A DNA stretch of 64,000 nucleotides from an uncultured cyanobacterium (GCA_963744145.1 CAVUSO010000001.1:2816001-2880000); one strand, 5' to 3'. Shown: positions 50,774-61,527, counted from the first letter of the stretch. Made by a program: numbers and translations. The notes: generated by a model from the letters alone, not told the origin.

Positions 50774-51559
50774 ATGATGTTGGTATTTTCAATAACTTTA
50801 GTAACTAAAAATATTACTAATTTTTGCCAATTGGCTCGTCCTCCACGCAGTTTGCTCATCTCCATCATCAGTTTGAATATTGCTAGTCTATTCATAATTC
50901 CCTTGAGGGTTGTTGCTCATCCCATCCATCGTTACTGTCAGGGAGAGTCCCATGTAGGAATGTTGAATGGTCAAGGAACCTGTATTTTTCCTAGTGGTAA
51001 TCGTTATCTAGGAGAATTTCGTCACGGGGTTCGAGAGGGTAGAGGAGTTTTTAATTATGCTGATGGGACTAAATGCGAGGGAGAGTTTCACAATCAATTA
51101 CTTAATGGGATCGGTGTTTGTGTTTTTCCCAGTGGAAATCGCTATCAAGGTGAGTTTAAAGATGGGGTGAGAGAGGGAAGGGGGTTGATTACTTTTACTG
51201 ATGGGACCCTTTGCGAAGGGATGTTTGTCAAGGGACAATTAAATGGTTGGGGTAGATGTAGTTTTCCCAGTCGCGATCGCTATGAAGGGGAGTTTGATCA
51301 CAATGCGATCGCAGGAAAAGGAGTTTTTATCTGGGTTGATGGGACTCGGTGTGAGGGGGAGTTTCAGAAAGGAATGCTGAATGGAAGAGGAATATGTAGT
51401 TTTAATAGTGGTAATCGTTATGAAGGTGAGTTTCGTAATAATATGAGAAATGGTTTTGGTGTATTTTATTATCGTCAAGGAGTTCGGTTAGAAGGAATTT
51501 GGCAAGATGACAAATTTATTCCACCGAAACCATCTATGATTAGACCTAAAAGTTGGTAA
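50774..51559 (+). CDS. MORN-repeat protein with putative signal/TM segment
   Basis: ~8 units of Y/C-EGEF.....GxG..xF.xG. Confidence 0.88.
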   Translation: MMLVFSITLVTKNITNFCQLARPPRSLLISIISLNIASLFIIPLRVVAHPIHRYCQGESHVGMLNGQGTCIFPSGNRYLGEFRHGVREGRGVFNYADGTKCEGEFHNQLLNGIGVCVFPSGNRYQGEFKDGVREGRGLITFTDGTLCEGMFVKGQLNGWGRCSFPSRDRYEGEFDHNAIAGKGVFIWVDGTRCEGEFQKGMLNGRGICSFNSGNRYEGEFRNNMRNGFGVFYYRQGVRLEGIWQDDKFIPPKPSMIRPKSW

Positions 51560-51617
51560 TTCAGTTAATGAGGAACACAAAAGTTGATGAATATAATTAA
51601 ATAAAGATGAGAGTAAG

Positions 51618-52481
51618 ATGATGATTTTGAGCCAAATATTTACCAACAAAGCATTAACTAGATTTGGGCAATCTCCATCCGGGATAATTGGGATGGTGAT
51701 TACTATATTGATAGTTTTGTTAGCCATATTAGCACCAATTATTTATCCTTACAATCCAGCGATCGATCGAAATTATCTCCTGCGATTACATCCTCCCGAT
51801 CTGCAACATTTATTTGGCACAGATGGATTAGGACGAGATTTATTAGTATTAGTGTGGTATGGGTTGCGAACTTCCCTCACTGTATCGATTATTTCCGTAA
51901 CACTGGGATTCAGTATTGGCTTATTATTAGGTTTAATTGCGGGGTATTATGGTGGATGGCTCCAAATTATTATTAGTTGGATTAGTGATATTCTTTTGGC
52001 TTTTCCTGCGATTTTATTAGCGATCGCAGTTGTGACTATCACCGGACCAAGTTTACCCAGTGTAATTATTGCAGTCGGATTAGTGCAAATTCCGATTTAT
52101 ATTCGACTCACTCAGAGTATGGTGCTTTCGTTACGAGAACAGGAATTTATTGAAGCAGTAAAAGCAATGGGGGGAACATCGATCCGAATTATTTTCCATC
52201 ATATTTTACCTGGGAGTCTAGGACCATTAATAGTCCAAGCTACCCTTTCCATAGGAACTACCACATTAGAAGCTGCTGGATTGGGATTTTTAGGTTTAGG
52301 AGCACAACCACCCAATCCAGAATTAGGTACGATGTTAGCAGATGCTTTTAAAGGAGGCTATTCTTTAACATCTCCTTGGACAACAATTTTCCCAGGTTTA
52401 TTTATTACTTTAATGGTATTAGCTTTTAATCTTTTAGGTGATGGTTTACGTGATAGTCTCGATCCGCGCTCAACCCGCTAG
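51618..52481 (+). CDS. Peptide ABC transporter permease (DppC/OppC-like)
   Basis: HLFGTDGLGRD, EFIEAVKAMGG, HILP, LGFLGLGAQPP, FNLLGDGLRD. Confidence 0.92.
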   Translation: MMILSQIFTNKALTRFGQSPSGIIGMVITILIVLLAILAPIIYPYNPAIDRNYLLRLHPPDLQHLFGTDGLGRDLLVLVWYGLRTSLTVSIISVTLGFSIGLLLGLIAGYYGGWLQIIISWISDILLAFPAILLAIAVVTITGPSLPSVIIAVGLVQIPIYIRLTQSMVLSLREQEFIEAVKAMGGTSIRIIFHHILPGSLGPLIVQATLSIGTTTLEAAGLGFLGLGAQPPNPELGTMLADAFKGGYSLTSPWTTIFPGLFITLMVLAFNLLGDGLRDSLDPRSTR

Positions 52482-52611
52482 GAATCCTGTCCAACCTCCA
52501 ACGGTTTTTCCCTGGTGATGAGTGAGAATAGTTTTATTGTATAGAAGAATCTGATTACTCATCATCAGTAAAGGATGATGGGAAACTGCTAAAACTATGA
52601 ATATAAGAAAA

Positions 52612-52678
52612 AATTATGATTATCATCAATTTAAACTTTTATATAAAAAATTATAAATGATTACGATAATTATTATTG
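52612..52678 (+). promoter_or_regulatory. Candidate Fur-family (Fur/Zur) operator boxes
   Basis: Imperfect palindromes aattatgattatcatcaatt and atgattacgataattatt upstream of a porin gene. Confidence 0.4.
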
Positions 52679-52754
52679 AACTTAAATATATTACCAAAAG
52701 TTAAACTCCAGTTTATTATTGCTCTAATCATAAATGATAGCCATGTAGTTAACC

Positions 52755-54581
52755 ATGCCGAACCAGTATTTCCAGAACCTTAACAAGCTTGTTTTTTGCT
52801 TTCTAGTAGTTGGTATTTTCCCATTCAAATCAATACCGGTATTAGCTAACACTCAGGATTTTGATCAGCCTAAAAATAACTTAACTGGAGATAATGATGC
52901 AATTGAGCAGATCACATCAGTTTCCCAGTTGTCTGATGTCAAACCAAGTGATTGGGCTTTTCAGGCACTACAATCTTTGGTAGAACGCTATGGCTGTATT
53001 GCTGGGTACAATGACAGAACTTTTCGCGGAAATCGAGCTTTAAGTCGTTATGAATTTGCCGCAGGATTAAATGCTTGTTTAACTAAGATTAACGAATTGT
53101 TGAGTGCAACTTCTAATTCTGTGAATAAAGGAGACTTAACCACAATCCAAAAATTACAGCAAGAATTCGCTACAGAACTAACAGCACTCAGAGGTCGAGT
53201 TGATAGTTTAGAAGCTAGGACAGAAACATTGAAAAAACAAGAGTTTTCTGTAACGACTAAGTTGAGTGGAGAAACTATTTTTAGTTTGTCTGGTGCCTAT
53301 GGTGCTTATAAAGGTGGCAATTCAACATTTATCAACAATACTAACACAGGCACAGGTGCAACCCCAAAACCAGGTAAAGATGCTCAGATAACTTTAGATG
53401 ATCGAGTTCGACTCAATCTTTTAACCAGTTTTTCAGGAAAAGACTTACTGATTACAGGATTACAAGCATATAACTTTGGTGGTGGACCAAGTGCGGCATT
53501 TCCTTCATTCAACACTGGTGGAAGTCTAGGAGGAACTTTAGGTTATGGTGATGTTGTTTTTGGTAACGCTAGTCATACTAGATTAGCATACGAACCTGAG
53601 TTCCCAACCGTTAATCCCCAGACTCTAGCAACTACAGGTGGTAACAATAGCATCAATCTCTACAAACTGCTCTATATTTTTCCAGTCGCAAAGAAGATCA
53701 ATCTTTTTGTGGGAACTAATGCAGAAGTATCAGATGCTTTCCCGGCAATTTTACCTTTTGCTGGAGAAGGACAAGGATCAATTTCTCGCTTTAGTAATCT
53801 CCCTGCGGCTCAAAGAATATCGGGAGGTACTTCTGAGACTGGATTAGCATCAGCTGCAGGATTTATTTGGAATATTTCCGATCAACTTGATTTACGAGGA
53901 TTATATGGTTCAGTGCAAGCAAGTATTCCTGGTAATCAAGGGTTTCCAGGAACTCCTTTAGGTGCTGGTCTATTTGATGGTAGTTATGTAGCAGCGACCC
54001 AATTAACAGTTAAACCAACCAAGACAGTTGATATTGGTCTAAATTATGCTCACAGCTATCACCAGATCAATCTCTTAGCAACAGGTTTAAGCTCATCAGA
54101 TGTTGCTCCGATACTATTTGCACCAAATACAGCGGAATTAGCAAGAAGAAACGGATCAGCTTTAGTCGCGATCGCGAATCAACCAATTCAAATAGATACA
54201 GTTGGTGCAACTGTAGCAATGAGATTAACCCCAACGGTGACTCTAGCTGGATCAGCTACTTACATTTTTAGTAATCTAGTGCGAGTGAATGCTTCTACCA
54301 ATTTTCTGAGCTGGTTAGTTGGTATCCATGTCAAAGACTTAATCGCTAAAGGAAACACAGCCGGAATTGTTTTTGGTAGTCCTCTTTATCGTGATACTAG
54401 CGGTGGTAGAGGTTTGAACCCGGAAACAGCGATTCCTTATCAGGTAGAAGGATATATGAACTTTAAAGTTTCCGATCATATTAGTGTCACTCCAGGGGTC
54501 TTTGTCATCTTTAATCCTGAAGGTTTTAAGGAAAATCCCACAACTTATGTTCCTGTAGTTCGGACTACTTTTACCTTCTAG
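52755..54581 (+). CDS. SLH-domain OprB-type outer-membrane porin (iron-uptake porin family)
   Basis: TSVSQLSDVKPSDWAFQALQSLVERYGCIAGY, FSVTTKLSGE, terminal RTTFTF. Confidence 0.93.
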   Translation: MPNQYFQNLNKLVFCFLVVGIFPFKSIPVLANTQDFDQPKNNLTGDNDAIEQITSVSQLSDVKPSDWAFQALQSLVERYGCIAGYNDRTFRGNRALSRYEFAAGLNACLTKINELLSATSNSVNKGDLTTIQKLQQEFATELTALRGRVDSLEARTETLKKQEFSVTTKLSGETIFSLSGAYGAYKGGNSTFINNTNTGTGATPKPGKDAQITLDDRVRLNLLTSFSGKDLLITGLQAYNFGGGPSAAFPSFNTGGSLGGTLGYGDVVFGNASHTRLAYEPEFPTVNPQTLATTGGNNSINLYKLLYIFPVAKKINLFVGTNAEVSDAFPAILPFAGEGQGSISRFSNLPAAQRISGGTSETGLASAAGFIWNISDQLDLRGLYGSVQASIPGNQGFPGTPLGAGLFDGSYVAATQLTVKPTKTVDIGLNYAHSYHQINLLATGLSSSDVAPILFAPNTAELARRNGSALVAIANQPIQIDTVGATVAMRLTPTVTLAGSATYIFSNLVRVNASTNFLSWLVGIHVKDLIAKGNTAGIVFGSPLYRDTSGGRGLNPETAIPYQVEGYMNFKVSDHISVTPGVFVIFNPEGFKENPTTYVPVVRTTFTF

Positions 54582-54625
54582 GTTCACGATCGGTTAATGA
54601 TAGAGGTTAGGCAAGTCGTCAACCT

Positions 54626-54862
54626 CTATCCTTTTGCCGTGGCTGGATTGCGAAATGGTTCAAACAGAGCGGTGGTGGTCGCCAGTCTGCCTAATAGTCC
54701 TAGGGCGCTGCGATCGCCTGTTGCTGCGGGATTGGGGACAAAGTAAACATCAATTTGGCGGACTTCACCAGCGACGCGACGAGGTGATTGTATTTCTCCT
54801 AGTGGTGAGAGTAATTCCTCTAGATAGTCTTTCACAAATTGGTCGTGGATGAAGCGAGTCAT
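54626..54862 (-). pseudogene. 5' fragment of a widespread cyanobacterial PD-(D/E)xK-like (Rpn-related) hypothetical gene
   Basis: MTRFIHDQFVKDYLEELL...EVRQIDVYF...LGLLGRLA...FEPFRN, then a stop after 78 aa at a hairpin. Family members as I recall them are much longer. Confidence 0.6.
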
Positions 54863-54894
54863 TATGATAGAATGGGATAAAGTAGGAGGGTAAA

Positions 54895-55560
54895 ATGGTA
54901 ACACTGCAACTGCGACAATTGGGTGTACCACCTGGACATCGGGTATTATTTCATGATGTAAATTGGCAGGAATTTGAAGCAATTTTAGCAGAATTGGGAG
55001 AAAAACGTTCTGCCCGATTAGCTTATCTACAGGGAACTTTGGAGATTAGGGTGCCACTACCAGAACATGAGGTAAACAAAGAAACCATCAGTGACATGGT
55101 AAAAATTTTACTAGAGGAACTGGAAATAGATCGAGAATGTTTTGGTTCTACAACCTTCAAACGAGAAGATATGCTCGCAGGAATTGAGCCAGATAACTGC
55201 TTTTATATTCAAAACTATGCTAAAATGATTGGTAAAACTCGCCTAAATTTAACAGTTGATTCACCCCCAGATTTAGCTATAGAAATAGATGTTACTTCCC
55301 CAACACAAATTAGCGCCTATCAAACTTTAGGAGTACCAGAAATCTGGCGGTATGAAAATGGAAAAATCCAAATTTATCTACTACAATCTGGGAAATATAT
55401 AGAGCCTAAAATTAGTCCTACTTTTCCCAGGTTTACCGTAATTGAAGAAATTTCTCGTTTTCTAGAAATGAGTCGGACAATAGGGACAAGTCGGGCACTG
55501 CGAGATTTTCGCAAGTGGGTAAGAGAACAAATAAATCTGATCAAAGGAGTAGAAATATGA
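54895..55560 (+). CDS. Uma2 family endonuclease
   Basis: WQEFEAILAELGE, PLPEHE, GIEPDNCFY, PPDLAIEIDVTS, LGVPEIWRY. Confidence 0.9.
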   Translation: MVTLQLRQLGVPPGHRVLFHDVNWQEFEAILAELGEKRSARLAYLQGTLEIRVPLPEHEVNKETISDMVKILLEELEIDRECFGSTTFKREDMLAGIEPDNCFYIQNYAKMIGKTRLNLTVDSPPDLAIEIDVTSPTQISAYQTLGVPEIWRYENGKIQIYLLQSGKYIEPKISPTFPRFTVIEEISRFLEMSRTIGTSRALRDFRKWVREQINLIKGVEI

Positions 55561-55667
55561 TAGCGATCGCTCTATTTGGTCTCAGTTTTTATTGTTTAGG
55601 TAGCGATCGCGGTCTACTAGGTTTTTCTGGGGAGTGCGATCGCGGTCTAATTTTATTGCTAGGAAAA

Positions 55668-55884
55668 TTAAGGGGATGATGGAGGAAGAGAATCAAGATT
55701 AGCTAGGGCAAAATTGAGAAAGTATTCTGTCCGTGATATCAATTTTTCTGCATCAGTTTCTGTTATATCTGGGTCTACATTATAATCAGCTCTAAGACGA
55801 GTTCTTTCCGCATCAATTGATAGCGGTGCAGTTCTACTGGAACTCAATGGGGAACGTTATCTAATCGCCTCTGTCTGGAGTCAT
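55668..55884 (-). pseudogene. Decayed HEPN-domain toxin gene
   Basis: ATGA overlap with the MNT stop gives MTPDRGD*. Downstream frames read VPVELHRY / IDAERTRLRADYNVDPDITETDAEKLISRTEYFLNFA, i.e. an early stop, an internal deletion and a frameshift. Confidence 0.7.
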
Positions 55885-56201
55885 ATTGCTAAACCTTCTT
55901 GACGAACATTGCGAAAGAAAGCATTATTTTGATATTGAAATTGTTCATCAGTAGCAAATGCACAGCTAATCAATACATTATGTTCTAAACATAGATGAGC
56001 AATAAAAATACTAATTCGCTCGCTTTCTTGAGAATAGTTAAAGGAATTTTTTAGAACAATTAAAATATCGATATCTGAGTCTGGTCTAGCATCACCCCTA
56101 ACCTGAGAGCCAAAGAGAATAATCTTGTCTAATTGTTGACCGTAGAGTTTTTTAAGACCTTGCTGGGTTTTGGTGATTATTGTTTGAATTTGTTTATTCA
56201 T
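55881..56201 (-). CDS. Minimal nucleotidyltransferase (MNT antitoxin-like)
   Basis: ILFGSQVRGDARPDSDIDILIV (GSx10DxD). Confidence 0.88.
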   Translation of the reverse strand: MNKQIQTIITKTQQGLKKLYGQQLDKIILFGSQVRGDARPDSDIDILIVLKNSFNYSQESERISIFIAHLCLEHNVLISCAFATDEQFQYQNNAFFRNVRQEGLAI

Positions 56202-56248
56202 ATTTTTGGTTCCCTTGAATTTAGATAATTAGTATTTGGTGAACAATT

Positions 56249-56470
56249 CTATTTTACCAAATACCAAAAAATATCGCCCCTCCCAATAGATCCAGTTGGT
56301 CCAACTGTAGTGTTGATTAATACCAATTGGCTCAGATTGGGACTGGAACTGATCGGGGCAGGAATCATTGGCCCTCTGGAGTCGAGCAGTTGCACGATCG
56401 TCAGATAGGTAATACTCAAAATTAGGGCGATCGCACCAGTAATAATTGCGACAATTTTGCCACGATCCAT
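56249..56470 (-). CDS. Small conserved cyanobacterial membrane protein
   Basis: MDRGKIVAIITGAIALILSITYL..VQLLDSRG.M.PAP; one TM. Confidence 0.65.
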   Translation of the reverse strand: MDRGKIVAIITGAIALILSITYLTIVQLLDSRGPMIPAPISSSPNLSQLVLINTTVGPTGSIGRGDIFWYLVK

Positions 56471-56594
56471 AATTTATCTCGCTTTTTTAATCTCTATGCT
56501 ATCGATCAGCCGAAAATCGACTAAATAGCAAATGTAATATAATTGTATAGCTTCGACTTTATTATTGACTTGATTACCTAAAACAGGGATTGAG

Positions 56595-57575
56595 ATGGAT
56601 TCTGTTGTCAATTTACCAGTTGAATCAGCTACTACGGACTTGATTCCCGTGGTCCAGACTTCTGAACTCAGAAAAGTATATCGGACTGGGTTCTGGCTCA
56701 ATCAAAAAGTTGAGCCATTGAAAGGTTGTAATCTGACGGTATATCAAGGAGAGACTTTTGGATTATTGGGACCAAATGGAGCTGGGAAAACCACCTTACT
56801 AAAAACTTTGTTGGGGATTGCTCGTCCCACTTCTGGACAAGCTTACCTCCTGGGATATCCGATCGGTAATCAACTAGTTAAGCAACGGATCGGCTATTTA
56901 CCAGAAAATGCTTATTACTATGATTATTTAACAGGATGGGAATTTTTAGAATATAGTGCTGGATTATTTCAAATTCCCACTGCTATTGTCCGTCAACGAA
57001 TTCCCCAATTGTTAGATTTGGTAGGTTTAGCCCAATCAACCGCAAAGAAAAAACAGCTCCGTCAATATTCTAAAGGAATGGTACAACGGATTGGGATGGC
57101 TCAAGCCTTAATTAATGAGCCAGAAGTCGTATTTCTGGATGAACCAATGTCAGGATTAGATCCGATGGGTAGGTTTCAAATTCGCGAAATAATTCTGTCT
57201 TTGAAAATGCAAGGAAAAACGATCTTTTTTAATAGCCATATTCTTGCTGATGTGGAGAAAATTTGCGATCGCGTCGCGATTCTTGCTCAAGGTGAATTAA
57301 TTTGTATTGGCTCTATTAACGAACTCTTAGGAACTACTGATAGTTATCGAATTCAAGGTCAAGGTGGAAATTTAGATGTTCTCACCAAATGGTTACCTGA
57401 TTTAAAACTAGAAAATAACTATTGGTCTGGACATTTACAAGGAGAACCCTATGATTTTATATCAAGTTTACGTTTGATGGGAGCAACCATCATCTCGATG
57501 GATTTAGCTCGTCCTTCTTTGGAGGAATTTTTCATGCAACAACTACGTCAAAAAGGGATATATTCTAGTAGTTAA
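56595..57575 (+). CDS. ABC transporter ATP-binding protein
   Basis: GPNGAGKT, YSKGM signature, FLDEPMSGLD, NSH. Confidence 0.93.
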   Translation: MDSVVNLPVESATTDLIPVVQTSELRKVYRTGFWLNQKVEPLKGCNLTVYQGETFGLLGPNGAGKTTLLKTLLGIARPTSGQAYLLGYPIGNQLVKQRIGYLPENAYYYDYLTGWEFLEYSAGLFQIPTAIVRQRIPQLLDLVGLAQSTAKKKQLRQYSKGMVQRIGMAQALINEPEVVFLDEPMSGLDPMGRFQIREIILSLKMQGKTIFFNSHILADVEKICDRVAILAQGELICIGSINELLGTTDSYRIQGQGGNLDVLTKWLPDLKLENNYWSGHLQGEPYDFISSLRLMGATIISMDLARPSLEEFFMQQLRQKGIYSSS

Positions 57576-57629
57576 ATTGGGAGTTTAATTTAAGCGATCG
57601 CTAATAATTTATACCTCAGCAAATCCAAT

Positions 57630-58082
57630 ATGCTCAACAATACTTTTCAAAAAACCTTATATGACCATGATTTTGCGCTCTGGTTAGAAGAGACAGCTAA
57701 CCAGTTAAAAATGCGAGATATTAATAATTTAGATTGGGATAATTTGGTGGAGGAAATCGAAGCTTTGGGGATTGCACAAAAGCATGAGGTAGAAAGTCGT
57801 TTAAAAACTATTTTAGCTCACATTCTCAAAAGATTCTATATATCTTTACCAGATTGTCATCAAGGTTGGCAAGTTACTATTCGTACCCAGCGCAATGATT
57901 TACAGCGTCTGCTCAAAAAATCACCAAGTTTACGGAATCATTTAGTAGCAGAATTTGATAGTCTTTACCAAGAAGCACTCTCGGAAGTGCAGGAAGAATA
58001 TCCGGAAACTCAATTTCCACAGACTTGGGAATTTAGCCGCGATTTGAATACAATTTTAACCGCAATATTCTGGGATAAATGA
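57630..58082 (+). CDS. DUF29 family protein
   Basis: LYDHDFALW, LDWDNLVEEIEALG, SPSLRN, FPQTWEFS. Confidence 0.9.
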   Translation: MLNNTFQKTLYDHDFALWLEETANQLKMRDINNLDWDNLVEEIEALGIAQKHEVESRLKTILAHILKRFYISLPDCHQGWQVTIRTQRNDLQRLLKKSPSLRNHLVAEFDSLYQEALSEVQEEYPETQFPQTWEFSRDLNTILTAIFWDK

Positions 58083-58124
58083 TATTATTATGATTGATTA
58101 ACAGCTCTTTCGGTATTCATCATC

Positions 58125-59075
58125 ATGACGGAAAAACTTAAACCAGATTGGGCAGGTCATGATCTCCTCTCCCAATTTGTCAACATTCTGATCCAGACAA
58201 AACCTATCTATGCGCTCATGAAACAGCTAGCACGACAGGTCATGATCAAAACAGCCGAAAAAAAAGGTATTCCCTGGCGAAAAAACTATTCCGAATTAGC
58301 TGCTTCCCAAGCTCCACAGCTACTAGCACAAATCACTAATCCAAATATTACCTATCCCGACTACTATTTAGTACCATTCCACGCCTATGAGCAAGGAAAT
58401 TTATGTTGGGAAGCTGCCTTTGAAGCCGAGTCCGCGACCTATGTAATCGCCCTCCGAGTCTGGCCAAAAGAACAGCTTACCTGGCAAGTGGCACAAGACA
58501 GACTGCGCGGTAGTTTTCACCAAATTTTAGGAGAATATGGTCCGAAACAAGTAAAAGATATTCTTGATATAGGTTGTTCTATTGGAATCTCAACTTTAAC
58601 CCTACATCGTTATTATCAAAACCACCAAAATACACCACCTCGGACTGTGGGATTAGACTTATCTCCCTATATGTTGGCAGTAGCAAAAACTCTCGATGTC
58701 AATCAGGAAATCTCCCAATGGATGCACGGACAAGCCGAAAATACAAATTTACCAACCGAGAGTTTTGATTTAGTAACGCTGCAATTTATTACCCATGAAT
58801 TACCCCATCAAGCTACTAAAGCTATTTTCACTGAAGCTCTTCGTCTGTTGCGAAAAGGTGGTTACTTAGCTGTAGTAGATAATAATCCTAAATCCACCGT
58901 AATTCAAAACCTACCGCCACTCCTTTTTACTTTAATGAAAAGTACAGAACCTTGGTCTGATGAATACTATACTTTTAATCTGGAAGCAGAAATGGAAGCA
59001 GTGGGGTTTGAACATAAAATAACAGTTCCTAGCGATCCGCGTCATCGTACTATTATTGCGAAGAAACCGGATTAA
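58125..59075 (+). CDS. Class I SAM-dependent methyltransferase (small-molecule type)
   Basis: ILDIGCSIG, GLDLSPYML, SFDLV...HELP, LRKGG. Confidence 0.9.
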   Translation: MTEKLKPDWAGHDLLSQFVNILIQTKPIYALMKQLARQVMIKTAEKKGIPWRKNYSELAASQAPQLLAQITNPNITYPDYYLVPFHAYEQGNLCWEAAFEAESATYVIALRVWPKEQLTWQVAQDRLRGSFHQILGEYGPKQVKDILDIGCSIGISTLTLHRYYQNHQNTPPRTVGLDLSPYMLAVAKTLDVNQEISQWMHGQAENTNLPTESFDLVTLQFITHELPHQATKAIFTEALRLLRKGGYLAVVDNNPKSTVIQNLPPLLFTLMKSTEPWSDEYYTFNLEAEMEAVGFEHKITVPSDPRHRTIIAKKPD

Positions 59076-59126
59076 AATTTGACCAGAAAATGTTGAGCAG
59101 CGATCGCTTGGTGATTATCAATTGAG

Positions 59127-59978
59127 TTATTGAGCAATAATCTGTTGAACTAATTGTAAAAATTGAGCGCCAATTTCTTCCAATTCTCGATTAGCTTCCT
59201 CATTGGTTATTGATGATTCTGAACTGTTACCTAATGAACTGCTTAATTGTCTTCCCAGTTTATTTATTGCTTCAGGAGAAGAATTAGATACTAATAGTTC
59301 TTTTCCAAAGCGACGGTAAAGGGTTTGAGGTATTTTTTTGGCTGTATATATACTTTGGACAGCAAATTGAGCTAGCGATCGCTGTTGTGATTCTAAAATT
59401 GTTCGGATTCCTGCAATTAGAGGTAATTCTTCATCTTCCAATTTTTCTCTAACATCTTGCACATAAAATAACCAGTCTAGTAAATTTTCAATTGGAAATA
59501 AAGAAGAACCATCATCATTACTATCTTCAAGAAAATCTAAATCAATTCTTTCCGGTGGATTGTTTGGCTCAATTATGGGACGATATCCTAATAATTCAAC
59601 TTCATTTAGGATAGATTTAAACCTCACGGGAACATAAGCAATAGAATCAGGTGGTAATAATTCTGGAGGATTAAAACTATCTGCGTCGGGTAATACTGGA
59701 CAGCAGACTAATTTACCGATTTTTGGTAGATCAAGATCACATATATTAAACAAAGTATTTGCACCCAAGTTCCAAGTATCACTATTTTGTAAATCGGTTT
59801 CTACTTGTATCCAGCACAAATAAGTATGTACCGCATAAACAGCTAGAGTATTGAGATAAACACGCTTACTTTTATCTGCGGAATATTGAGATGAAGCAAA
59901 TTTTTTTGCCCATTCACGCGATTCTGGTTGTAGGGGTATAGTAAGATATTTTTGATGATCAATGGTTGCAGTATTCAT
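59127..59978 (-). CDS. DUF1822 family protein (paralog of 2491-3309)
   Basis: KKFASSQ...KRVYLNTLAVYAV, DLDLPKIGKLVCCPVLP, VELLGY. Confidence 0.85.
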   Translation of the reverse strand: MNTATIDHQKYLTIPLQPESREWAKKFASSQYSADKSKRVYLNTLAVYAVHTYLCWIQVETDLQNSDTWNLGANTLFNICDLDLPKIGKLVCCPVLPDADSFNPPELLPPDSIAYVPVRFKSILNEVELLGYRPIIEPNNPPERIDLDFLEDSNDDGSSLFPIENLLDWLFYVQDVREKLEDEELPLIAGIRTILESQQRSLAQFAVQSIYTAKKIPQTLYRRFGKELLVSNSSPEAINKLGRQLSSSLGNSSESSITNEEANRELEEIGAQFLQLVQQIIAQ

Positions 59979-59980
59979 AA

Positions 59981-61527
59981 TTATTGTCTTCCTTGTGATA
60001 ACTCAATAGCTAACTTTCCTAAGCATTTACGACATTTTCGATCCCAAAAATCTTTTATTTCTTGAGCAGTAACTTGATAATTTTGTTGACTGAGTTCGAC
60101 TACAATTTTGTCAAAGGTTGCTGTCTCCCAAAAACTTAGCACATCGTAGCTATTCACATTACGGTTTACCGCTTGTTCGTTATTCATTGGTTGAACTTGA
60201 TAACCTTGTTGATGTAAATCCTCAGCTATTTTAGCATAAATAGAAAAGTATTCATCATTATAAATTGCCACAATTTCGGATTTTAATAAATGTCCCTGTT
60301 GACCAAGAAACTGGATCACTGTTGTAAATATTTTCTGGGGTGGTTGAAATAGGGGTAATAGTTGCTGTGCTAAAGATTGAGCATCGTAAACTACTTGTTT
60401 TTTGATCACCTTCTTACATTTTTTCAGACTTCCATCAGAATCTTGTATAATTGCCGTTTTTAAAGACTCTAGATTATAGCCTAATTCAATGTAAATACTA
60501 GAGATTATTGGATAAAAATTACGGCTACATTCTGAATAAAATGTCTGTTCTGCAATATGAAAATCCTGAGCGATCGCTCTGATTGTATCCGGTGGTTCTT
60601 TTAAAATCAAACGATCTACTAAAAGCTTGTAATGACATTCTGGAAAACGGGTAACATATCTTGATCTTAGAAATTCAAAAGGATCTTGTTCAAGGTATTC
60701 TTTAACTACCAACAAAAACTGTTGATAATCTTGCGTTGATAATTCATTGATTAAATTCCCTTCTTGTAGCTCTTCTAAAGTAGGAGCATTATATAAATTA
60801 TGGAAGCCATCCGGAATATTATCAATAATATTTTCTCCCGATGTGTCATTATCAAACAGGGGAATATCTAAACTATCAGGCATTTCTTGATCAGAAATAT
60901 ATAGGTCTAAAAGACGCCATTTAATATAATCATTTACCCATGACGCTAAACGCGATATTAAAGATGCTCCACCAGGTTTAAATAACCAAATTCGAGGTAC
61001 TCTCTTAATCGAATTATTTAATTGTTTTGTCGTGTCGTTCTGATTTGAAGATGATTGAATATTAGACATTAATTTTTCTGTCCAATCTCTAATATATCGA
61101 ATCTCTTTCCTGTACTCTTTACTATGAATATTATAGTTGGTGATTTTTTGTAAGTGATTAGATAATTTGCTGACAATTTCACCTGTGCTAGTTCTACAGT
61201 ATTCATTTAAAAGCTCTAAGATCGAATCATTAATAATTAATAGAGGCTTATTTAACCAAATATAAATTTCGGAGTAGACATCATTAAAGTCTGGATGCTC
61301 TGATTTACTGATGAGGTTTTTACTGTGTAATTGATTCCAAATTTTTTGAATGACTCTTTGTTGGTCTTTGCTATTATAATCATAGCTGTAGAGTTGACGA
61401 AAATAGTCTAATAAAGTTTCATCTACTGAATCAACTGGTTGATAACTATTAATCCAGTCTGGAAAGTTGGTATCATTTGGTTGGCACATAGACGCAATTT
61501 CAGGAAATTTATACATCTCTCCTATGA
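59981..61527 (-). pseudogene. Sigma-like regulator (paralog of 3312-4142), 3' portion separated from its start by the IS
   Basis: SWVNDYIKWRLLDLY, SLDIPL, YLEQDP...LILKEPPDTIRAIAQDF. The ORF-track start lies inside the IS end. Confidence 0.75.

Noticed and set aside
58125..59075. Methyltransferase as the missing BREX DNA methylase
   Set aside because: No NPPY/DPPY or PC motif; it looks like a small-molecule class I MTase and lies 45 kb away.
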